From a virus: 45,650 nt of DNA. The stretch lies in the IMG/VR virus record IMGVR_UViG_3300005096_000116, positions 1 through 45,650 of that record. The stretch is one strand, 5' to 3'. Positions within the stretch are counted from its first letter, which is position 1; the number at the start of each line of letters is the position of its first letter. The notes beneath the pieces are model-generated. The model ran no database searches and had not been told where the DNA came from. It saw only the letters and a list, made by a program, of their open reading frames with translations. This document shows positions 10,301 to 17,558 of the stretch, in pieces. Made by a program: the position numbers and the translations under genes.

Positions 10301-13300
10301 GAACCGTAACCGAAGAACGCAGCAGCTTCGTCCGGGTGCACACCTTTCATACCTTTTGCTGTCATACCGCTTAACGCGGGTGGAATGATTGTGCGTTTAT
10401 GACCTAATTTATTAGTGCGTTCTTCACCAGTCATTGCTTTGACAGCAGCGTGGTCGATTTTAAATGCGCCATTTTTAAGTTCTTCACGCGCCTTATAAAC
10501 CTGTTCTTTACTCAGTGACTGAAGTTCTTCATCAATGATGTCCTGCTTTTCTACTTTCCACCATTCCTTCGTTTGGCGTGTGAGTTGTTTAATGATTTTG
10601 TCACGCAGCGTTTCAGACTGTACATCTTTAACTTTCTCCTTACGTGCTTGATAATCAGCGAACTCTTCGTCAGTCATGCCGGCCATCGTCGCATCGGAGA
10701 ACATCGGCTCCACGCGAGCACGCGCCTGTGCAGCCTGTATCTGTTCCTCGGTAGCCAGCAGCCGGTCGAACACTTCACGCATTTGATTATCCAGGTTCAC
10801 GTTGAGCTGACCACGCAGCGCCTGATAGATACGTGACAGCCAGCGTGCAAACGCTCTGAACGCATTACGCAGCTCGATAGACGGTGCCTTACCTTCCATC
10901 AGATAAGCCTCGAACCCACGTGCAAACTGCTCATGCACAGCACGACGAATCGCTGCATCTTTATCACGGTCACCGGTTGTGTTGCTGTCTAGGAATATGA
11001 TTACATCATCAGCAGTGATTGAACCTTCTTTTGCGGTTGGTTGGTCTGTTGGTTGTGCGAACTGTTCATTAGCGATTGCGTCAGGTAACTTTGGTTTTTT
11101 AAATCCTGCTAATTCAGCTTCTTTTTCTGTTGCTTCAACAATCAACACAGGTACAGTTTTAACTCCTGCTTTTATTGCAGCGAGTGCTCTGTGACGACCT
11201 TCTTGTGATACTCGACCCTCTGAAACGTCATAAGTAAGCATGGGAAACTTTTCGCCGGCTTTCATTTTTTCCGTATAATCATCTACAGCTTCAGGTTCTA
11301 TATAATTCGGGTAATGTTTAGCTTCTATATCAATAACTTTTTTATTGTTTACATCAATATTCAGTGACTTAAGATAATTAAAAGGTGTGACATTAACTAT
11401 TTTCCATACTTTTCCTTTTTGTTCTTCAAAGTATTCTGGTAAACGCATCATGTCATCATAAAAAGGCATCTCAGTTGTTGTGTTATCGAACGCATTTAAA
11501 CCTTCACCACCCTGCTTCAACACATCAAACTTATCACCCAGGTAACTGTTCGCCTCTTTAGCCACATCATCAGCGTTACGTTTGTACCAGTTGTTGATTG
11601 ACTTCAGCATCTCGGTGTCACCCTTGAATTCCATCTCATACATGAAGTGAGCGAACTCGTGCAGGAACGTACTCAGATCAGCAGATTCAGTGAGTCTGAT
11701 GATACTGTTTGCCGGGTCATAGTAACCGCGTGCTGTTTTTGAATCGGTGCGTTGCCCCAAAGTAAAAGCATCAGGATCAGTTTTAATCGGTTGCGATACA
11801 AAATCAGGATCAAGTTCAAAACCCTGCTGACGTTGCAGTGAAGCCGGTGTGGTATCTGTTTCGATAAAATCTTCTTCAGCTAAACCGGCTTGTGGTTTCA
11901 GTGATTCGGGGAGGTCAGTGATGTCTTGTTGTGCTAGAAGATTAGCTGACGCTTTGAAGTCGGGGTCAAATGATGCGTTGACTGAGCGGATTTTGGATGG
12001 GTCGAATATTATAATGTCGTTACCGATACCGATAGAAGGTAACGACATCCCTTCATAACCTTTATTGATAAGTTCTGCTGTTAATTCAGGCGAAGGTTCT
12101 CTCCCGTCATAATTAAAAAGATTCAGCTTTTTAAGATACACAGGAATCTGCTGTTCCCCTTTCCCTTCAACATCTGCTGCAACTCTTGATTCTATCGGTG
12201 AATCTGCAAACCATATCCCAACAGGATCTTGTCTAAAACCTTCAAACTCACGATCAGTTGTGTGATACAAAACATTTTCAGTATCAAACCCCATCTCTTC
12301 AGCACGTTGCAATCGCGCTTCCTGAGACATATCCAACCCTTTATCAACAGCTTGTTTAAACTCAGATGCTTCGACTACTGACTCACCCTTGAACCCTGAT
12401 GATTTAGCTTGCGACAGCACCTGCTCACCCTCAAGTCGAGCACGCTCACCGGTCTGTGGACCTTCAACAATGAACCCTGCATTCTGATACGCTTCAACAA
12501 CAGTGATGCCTTCACGTTTAGCTTTTGCTGCAAAGTACAACGGCACCATCTCAGCCATTGTACTTGCCACTTTAGGGCTATACACACCGGTATCAATCAA
12601 CTGTTGACGGACAGCTTGTGAAATTTCTTGAGCATCAACATACTCGCTGGTGTTCTCCTGCGCTTCTTCCATCAACACCTTGATATAGTTGTCAGTCTCC
12701 TGTTTGGCTTGCTCCTGACGGAACGGTGACACTGTCTCGTCACTCATGGTCATACTATCACGCAGCTGTTCAAAATGGTCAGTAGCTGCTATTTCAGCAG
12801 CGAAGTCAGCAACTGGTATCTGCACATCAGAATCAAGTGCAGATGCTTCAGCAGCCTGTTCTGATAACAGCTTCAATGCCGGGTCAGCTTCGATCTCAGC
12901 CGGTGTTTTAGTTTGCAGATACAGTGACACCTGAGAACCGTCGATGAACACATTCGTATTGTTCTCACCGTCAGCTTCATTGACAAACTGTTTAAATGAT
13001 TCTTTGTCACGTTCTTTCAGTTTTGATTCTTGAGATTTTTCATTGAGCTGGTCAATTTTAGATTGTTCAACTGCACCTTTTGACTCGCTGACTGTTTCAT
13101 CACGGATGACAGCATCAATTGTTTTACGAATAGTAGTCGCAGCGGTGATCTGTGCGCCGCCGGCGACAACAGTGGCAATGGCTGTCACAGCTTGACGTTG
13201 TAATTGAATGTCAACCATCTCACTGACAGTTTCAGCATTGTTAATTTGTTCATCAAGATCAAAAGCGTAGGCGTTAATACTCTGACCCAGGGTGGCCAGC

Positions 13301-14286
13301 TGCTCAGTGCCCATCTCACGAACCATGAACTTCAAAGCATCTTTTTTAAGCCCGGTACTTTTACCTGTGATGATTGTTTCAAGTACACCAGTTGGTAACA
13401 TCTCAGTACCCACTTCAATAGTGGCATCGATGCCGGCATACCAACCAGCCTCACCAGGTGTTAAACCTTCAGCGCGACCTTGACCATAGGAACTACTGAA
13501 GGTCTGAACACCCATTGTGGCGAGCAGTGGTGCTGACCGACCACCTGATAACAACATTAAAGCGAAACCTGGTGCCATATTAACCAATGACTCAATACCG
13601 CCTCTGACGCCTTGTTCGAGCAAGTTCAAATCTTCAGGCGCAATGTCAGCACGTTTCTCGTTGAGACTTCTCAACTCTGTTAACAATTTATCAGTTGCAT
13701 CTGACTTTGCTTGCTGCAACTCTTCATCGGTGTCAATACCCATGCGCACGGCCAACGCTTTAGACTCAGATTGGGCGACCTGCTCCATACCAAAGGGTAA
13801 TCGACTCGCAGGAATTAGATCTTGAATCTTCGACGGTGTAATATCAGCACCAACTAACAGTGAACTCTTCTCTAGAGCACTGTAACCTAAACTTGTTGAT
13901 TCACCGAAACTTTTGAATGTTTTTTCAAAGTTGAATATATTTTCAATCGACTTCATGACGTCAACATCATCTTGAGCAATGATAGCGTTGTCGATATCAT
14001 TAAATCGATTCGCAGTGACAGGGTTGGTTTTACGCAGTTCACTGAAATCAAACTGAGATTTTTTAATGTCCTGCTCAACAGCGACAGGATCAGACTGCAC
14101 ACCGATGACCGGAATACCTGATTGTTTGCTCAAATTCAACTCTTTAGCATGCTGATCAGGATTAACCTTGACCGCTTCACTCATGTTGAAATTCAAACTG
14201 TCATTGACAGCATCATCCTCAACATTTTCACCAGGTGCTACCTGTGACAATGAACCTATGTCAACCTTACTCGGATCAAATGCCAT
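7342..14286 (-). CDS. Giant internal virion / ejection protein (T7 gp16 position), polyvalent: ART-like, HExxH zincin and ParB-like domains (2314 aa)
   Basis: Single 6.9-kb ORF after gp14/gp15-like genes. HEFAH at 11647-11661, EGRHRALAAIKAGVKTVPV (ParB/Srx-like) at about 11176-11202, LYHTTDREFEGF...IIIFDPSKIRSV at about 11962-12294. Hydrophobic segments near the C-terminus. Confidence 0.85.
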   Translation of the reverse strand: MAFDPSKVDIGSLSQVAPGENVEDDAVNDSLNFNMSEAVKVNPDQHAKELNLSKQSGIPVIGVQSDPVAVEQDIKKSQFDFSELRKTNPVTANRFNDIDNAIIAQDDVDVMKSIENIFNFEKTFKSFGESTSLGYSALEKSSLLVGADITPSKIQDLIPASRLPFGMEQVAQSESKALAVRMGIDTDEELQQAKSDATDKLLTELRSLNEKRADIAPEDLNLLEQGVRGGIESLVNMAPGFALMLLSGGRSAPLLATMGVQTFSSSYGQGRAEGLTPGEAGWYAGIDATIEVGTEMLPTGVLETIITGKSTGLKKDALKFMVREMGTEQLATLGQSINAYAFDLDEQINNAETVSEMVDIQLQRQAVTAIATVVAGGAQITAATTIRKTIDAVIRDETVSESKGAVEQSKIDQLNEKSQESKLKERDKESFKQFVNEADGENNTNVFIDGSQVSLYLQTKTPAEIEADPALKLLSEQAAEASALDSDVQIPVADFAAEIAATDHFEQLRDSMTMSDETVSPFRQEQAKQETDNYIKVLMEEAQENTSEYVDAQEISQAVRQQLIDTGVYSPKVASTMAEMVPLYFAAKAKREGITVVEAYQNAGFIVEGPQTGERARLEGEQVLSQAKSSGFKGESVVEASEFKQAVDKGLDMSQEARLQRAEEMGFDTENVLYHTTDREFEGFRQDPVGIWFADSPIESRVAADVEGKGEQQIPVYLKKLNLFNYDGREPSPELTAELINKGYEGMSLPSIGIGNDIIIFDPSKIRSVNASFDPDFKASANLLAQQDITDLPESLKPQAGLAEEDFIETDTTPASLQRQQGFELDPDFVSQPIKTDPDAFTLGQRTDSKTARGYYDPANSIIRLTESADLSTFLHEFAHFMYEMEFKGDTEMLKSINNWYKRNADDVAKEANSYLGDKFDVLKQGGEGLNAFDNTTTEMPFYDDMMRLPEYFEEQKGKVWKIVNVTPFNYLKSLNIDVNNKKVIDIEAKHYPNYIEPEAVDDYTEKMKAGEKFPMLTYDVSEGRVSQEGRHRALAAIKAGVKTVPVLIVEATEKEAELAGFKKPKLPDAIANEQFAQPTDQPTAKEGSITADDVIIFLDSNTTGDRDKDAAIRRAVHEQFARGFEAYLMEGKAPSIELRNAFRAFARWLSRIYQALRGQLNVNLDNQMREVFDRLLATEEQIQAAQARARVEPMFSDATMAGMTDEEFADYQARKEKVKDVQSETLRDKIIKQLTRQTKEWWKVEKQDIIDEELQSLSKEQVYKAREELKNGAFKIDHAAVKAMTGEERTNKLGHKRTIIPPALSGMTAKGMKGVHPDEAAAFFGYGSGSEMLIDLITAPAIKDQAKVNAEAKMVERHGDILTDGTIEREADEAVRDEERGKLLLHELKMVARGTNAPTIDRATIKALAEERIGRLSFREIHPGKYRKAEIRAAQESARMLVEGNREGAAAAKMRQVLNYYLGMAATAAKNDTVKIVDRMSRYSKKKVREAIMKAEGGYWDQIVKILERFEFRKSATLKDVDSINLWAKERLEKHGEELVLSKQVLNESYVIHWKNVPFTDLQGINDSVKNIEYVAKYANKITLLKESIEFDKLKSKIINHLDKLDTVFRPERTTGKDETGYTLLEKITGKVKWTERVSSEGVSWMSKVPFMTFWLDKGEPAGLMTSLIHRPTVVARDEELTLWESTALPLITAIKNRPNTDLKRMHQKIYIPEIAAVDEDNVPVNTYLYGHQILSVALNAGNAGNLRKMLLGEGWANPDNEAEITINNPKLQAVLDHMTESDWSIVKQVWDSMDSLYPLLSETTLKGTGLTPKKVDPVEFQTKFGKMKGGYYTLQYDHDRDARAADFKDKREARLESMFSTLGSLNQSVTAGATHTRTEFYAPIRFDLGVITDHFQEVIHYITHYDTVRQVNKIIRDPVISMKLKRKLGKEEYAKMNVWLSSVAKGGRATEAQVFGSNLARHLRTGMTYVYLGYKLSTILIQPSGLFTARTLMMEGKGYIPQGIMSMLKTIPINGQEGWAARDFALLKSSVLRHRLKTFDREFNDAMKQIEVKEGKIASFRRASMMGIGYVQLYVVDFPVWHAGFEKGMVDFEGDESKAVEYADWLVDQSQGSGDISNMSAMLGTNNQIARLFFSFMTWFNTAFNVQRTLVRGKKQGWVSSSQFAAGIFYMIFATTMYELLIRGEAEPEEDEEPDEYMKRIMSKMASTTIGTVPYARDAANVFVSDYHKFNASPAFNLVGNGLESIYGAASNLYEGEEVTRAQQKGIFTFAATIFHIPGAAQTWATSDEIYQYLEEGEEITLKELAFGPDRE

Positions 14287-15972
14287 CTATTTTGTTCCCT
14301 GTGAATATGCGTTTTTGAGAGTTTGTGCGTTGATTGGTTGACCATTATCGATTAGGAACTGATAAGCATCAGTCAGGTCAATAAGGTCAATATTCGGTGT
14401 ACTGTCGATAATCTGATTCAGCATTCTGACATCTTTAGCCGGTGCGTTACTCAAATCAATCTCAGTATCAGAAGCCAAGATGTCAAATCCGAATGCAGAA
14501 CGCTCAACAGCAATCTGACGTGTGAACTCGCCGATGATTTTATTTTCTTCAGCTGGTGTAGCGAGCCGGCTATTTTCAATTTTAAACTCATCAAGTGCAT
14601 CTTGAAGGTCGGTAAGGAATTGGTTCGCAAGCCTACCTTTTTCAGTAGGGCCACCTGATTTTTTACGCCACTTACGTTTATCTCCGAATGCACCTTCTGC
14701 TGCTATCATAGATTTAGAAGATAGCGCCTTTACTCGACTGCCTGGATCACCTTTCTTCGCTGCATCAATCTCAGTTCTGAGTTTTTGCAAATCGGATGGT
14801 CGCAATTGGGCTGAGTAATCAGCAGCATTGAGTTCAGCTTTTTTGGCGGGAGGTAATGATCGCAATTTATCAAACAGTATCTGGTCAGTAACCATGTGCT
14901 TGCCAGATAAAATGTTGTTACGTTGTAAATCAGTCATTCCCACCCATGCTTCAGGGTTCTGTGACTCAACCTGTATCGGTGTAGCACCTTTATTCACTGC
15001 GGCAATAGCAGCCTGATAGTCAGAATTCTGCTTTTCTTTTTCAGCAGTGCGTTTCTGATTGAACTGAGCTGTTGCTTCGATTCGTGTTTTCTTCTGTAAC
15101 TCAGGATCTTTGATATTGCTGATTTCTTCCATGATATCACTGCGATTATCGTAAGTATCAACAAGTTTACTAGCTCTTAATACAGATTCTTTAGCATTAA
15201 ATTCTGAATCCTCAACCTTCTTTTTCTTCTCAATAAGACCTTTGAGTTTAACCTTGTCCGGGCCTTCGAGATTTTTACCATATTTTTCCATTGCCTCTTT
15301 AGCATCGACTGAACTTGACTGTAACGCAGCCTCAATGGACGCTCTGGCAAATGATGAATCAAATGTTTCTAACTTTTCTGTGGCAACATCACTGATCTTA
15401 CCGTCTTCGTCATAATATAGACCTTGTAATTTCATAGAATCAATAATAGCTCGACGACCAACTTCCACTTGAACTTTTAACCTTGCAGGGTCTTTATAGT
15501 ATATTGACGCATTTTCAACAGCGTTCTCAACTTTAGAATCAAGTGTTGCTATATCCCATGTTTTAAGACCTTTCAAAGAATGCTGATTAATATTATTCCG
15601 GTCACGTGTAATCATTACATCAAATGATTTATCAAACATCTGTTTAGATTGCTGATTTAATGTCTCACCGTACTTCATCTTCAAGTCATCGAGCGCCTGA
15701 GTAGCAGCGACAGAGTTATCATAAGCATCACGACCAGAAGTATTGAAATACTTAGACAAAAGTTCGTTCTTATCACGCTCAACATTCACCAGTGCTTCTT
15801 CTGCCGTAGTAGTGTCAACACGCTGCTTGAGTTCAAACCCGACTTTAGCAACGTCGAGCACACCTTTAGCAATAGGAGCACCGAACGCATCAGCCGGCGC
15901 GTCTTTCGCCAATGGTTGTGATACCACCTGTGACTGTACTTGATTAGCTTCGTACTGTGCGACTTTAGGCAT
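14287..15972 (-). CDS. Internal virion protein (T7 gp15 position; 561 aa)
   Basis: Position between the gp14-like gene and the giant protein; long helical, charged sequence; start overlaps the upstream ORF. Confidence 0.55.
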   Translation of the reverse strand: MPKVAQYEANQVQSQVVSQPLAKDAPADAFGAPIAKGVLDVAKVGFELKQRVDTTTAEEALVNVERDKNELLSKYFNTSGRDAYDNSVAATQALDDLKMKYGETLNQQSKQMFDKSFDVMITRDRNNINQHSLKGLKTWDIATLDSKVENAVENASIYYKDPARLKVQVEVGRRAIIDSMKLQGLYYDEDGKISDVATEKLETFDSSFARASIEAALQSSSVDAKEAMEKYGKNLEGPDKVKLKGLIEKKKKVEDSEFNAKESVLRASKLVDTYDNRSDIMEEISNIKDPELQKKTRIEATAQFNQKRTAEKEKQNSDYQAAIAAVNKGATPIQVESQNPEAWVGMTDLQRNNILSGKHMVTDQILFDKLRSLPPAKKAELNAADYSAQLRPSDLQKLRTEIDAAKKGDPGSRVKALSSKSMIAAEGAFGDKRKWRKKSGGPTEKGRLANQFLTDLQDALDEFKIENSRLATPAEENKIIGEFTRQIAVERSAFGFDILASDTEIDLSNAPAKDVRMLNQIIDSTPNIDLIDLTDAYQFLIDNGQPINAQTLKNAYSQGTK

Positions 15973-16213
15973 ACTCTATATCCTCACCAATCATGTGATG
16001 AAAAGCAGCATGAACCCTTTCTTCTTTCTCTTTTTCACTGATCTCAGCTTTACCATGCGCGATGATTATTTGTGATCGAGTTCTGTCACATGTAGAACAA
16101 ACATTATTTTCATCAAAATCAGGATCAACACCCATCCATTGACACCCACCACAGGGAACACCTGTCTCAGAGTTCTTTACTTTATCGTCTAGCTTTATAA
16201 TTAAATTAGGCAT
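15965..16213 (-). CDS. Small zinc-ribbon-like protein (82 aa)
   Basis: CGGC...CSTC motif; tightly packed in the operon. Confidence 0.5.
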   Translation of the reverse strand: MPNLIIKLDDKVKNSETGVPCGGCQWMGVDPDFDENNVCSTCDRTRSQIIIAHGKAEISEKEKEERVHAAFHHMIGEDIEYA

Positions 16214-16214
16214 A

Positions 16215-16754
16215 TCAGGCCCCCAGCGTCAGACGAGTGTCAGGGGTTATGAAATCTACATTTACGCCTGCACTGTTTGGTGTGAACCATTTATCAGAGA
16301 CACCTGTTCCTGCAACTGATGCGGCACCGCTGAGTAGAGTACCGGCAGCACGGTTAACACCTGTTAATGAAGCATAGTCACCCTGGCGACGTGTTAAATC
16401 TGCGCCGGTATTCAGTGAATTAACTTTCGCATCAGCATTACTACGGATACGCAGCGCATCAGCTTCACCGAGCGTGACAGTATCTTCCTGTAATTGTAGA
16501 GCCGAACCAGATGTTAGATCGATGTTGGCAGCGCCAAGTTGTGCTTTTTGTTTTGATAACAGTTCGGCTGTTTTACGACGTTGGATGTTTTCTGCTTCAT
16601 TCGCCACATTGCGTGTACTTTGTGCTTCGTTCTCAGCAACACGTGCATTATATCTGGAAACACCTTTTTGAAATCTACCTCGTTGAATCTGAGAAGTCGC
16701 CGTCATTAAAGTTGACGCAGCTATCATTATAGGTACTGCTGCTGGTCCACACAT
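16215..16754 (-). CDS. Internal virion protein (T7 gp14-like; 179 aa)
   Basis: N-terminal hydrophobic segment (AAVPIMIAASTLMTA) followed by a helical AENEAQ... region; position. Confidence 0.55.
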   Translation of the reverse strand: MCGPAAVPIMIAASTLMTATSQIQRGRFQKGVSRYNARVAENEAQSTRNVANEAENIQRRKTAELLSKQKAQLGAANIDLTSGSALQLQEDTVTLGEADALRIRSNADAKVNSLNTGADLTRRQGDYASLTGVNRAAGTLLSGAASVAGTGVSDKWFTPNSAGVNVDFITPDTRLTLGA

Positions 16755-17221
16755 TAGTTCGCCCTCTCAAGATAAAATTTATGAAATGACTCTCGGTCAT
16801 ACCCATAAGGTGCCGGCTCGTCAAAAGTGAAGCCGATTCGTTTCAACCACCGAATGCTGACTTCATTGTCAACATGTACATAATTAAACAGTTTTGGACA
16901 AATGTCCAGCATTTCATCAATGACATCAGGTACTTGCGTAATAAAATGACGTTTATATTTTAAAGCATTGTTCGTACCGAGCAACCACACCACCCCTGTT
17001 CCGGCTAATATATCATGAATCACCAACCCTAACATCACGCAAAGCTCGTCATTGACCGTTATCACCACGGAGTAATCTGATATCTTGAAACCTTTTAACA
17101 GCGCCTCGCCGGGTGTCTGGTGGTTTGAAGCCCATATCTCATCGATGTCAGCCTGGCGCATGTCAACAGCAATCGATTTAATCAATTCAGTTGTCGGCTG
17201 TAGGAATTTAACCTGTTGCAT
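16754..17221 (-). CDS. T7 gp13-like / GNAT-fold internal virion protein A-like (155 aa)
   Basis: C-terminal NEVSIRWLKRIGFTF motif typical of acetyltransferase-fold phage proteins (DUF2833-like, from memory); position before the gp14-like gene. Confidence 0.45.
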   Translation of the reverse strand: MQQVKFLQPTTELIKSIAVDMRQADIDEIWASNHQTPGEALLKGFKISDYSVVITVNDELCVMLGLVIHDILAGTGVVWLLGTNNALKYKRHFITQVPDVIDEMLDICPKLFNYVHVDNEVSIRWLKRIGFTFDEPAPYGYDRESFHKFYLERAN

Positions 17222-17224
17222 AGA

Positions 17225-17509
17225 TCATAAAGAAAAATCTACATTAACTAATATCTTTCGCATCACTTGATTCTCTTTTATCAATTTGTTAATTCGACTA
17301 CGTTGTTCAATAATTTTCGCATTCGGTTCTTCTTTAGCTAAACACCCGATGCTAGTGATTAAAAAAGCAAATTCATCATCACTTAAATTTCTGAACTCAG
17401 AAAGATCAACGCCGATCGCAATTCTTTTAATTAACGGTAACTCACTTATCTGTTTTTCAAGTTGTTCTCTTTTCTCAAAATATTCTTTTTTATCATTCAT
17501 CAGTGTCAC
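17225..17509 (-). CDS. Hypothetical protein (94 aa)
   Basis: ORF track; AAGGTGACACTG-ATG initiation region. Confidence 0.55.
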   Translation of the reverse strand: MTLMNDKKEYFEKREQLEKQISELPLIKRIAIGVDLSEFRNLSDDEFAFLITSIGCLAKEEPNAKIIEQRSRINKLIKENQVMRKILVNVDFSL

Positions 17510-17514
17510 CTTTG

Positions 17515-17551
17515 TTATTTAATGTGTATCACAATGTATCACATTAAATAA
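17515..17551 (-). promoter_or_regulatory. Perfect 12-bp-stem AT-rich hairpin with an internal direct repeat (tgtatcaca x2)
   Basis: ttatttaatgtg (17515-17526) pairs perfectly with cacattaaataa (17540-17551), leaving a 13-nt loop. It lies in the 49-bp gap between the 850-aa gene stop and the next start. Confidence 0.6.
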
Positions 17552-17558
17552 ACCCGTG

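Noticed and set aside
7342-14286. About a dozen plus-strand track ORFs (for example 9840..10070, 10046..10309, 13517..13825), plus in-strand alternative-frame ORFs (for example 12375..12596), inside the giant gene
   Set aside because: They are embedded in a continuous 2314-codon ORF with recognisable domains and have low-complexity, Ser/Cys/Arg-rich shadow-frame compositions. The same reasoning applies to shadow ORFs inside the portal, terL, capsid, PhoD-like, primase and other long genes.
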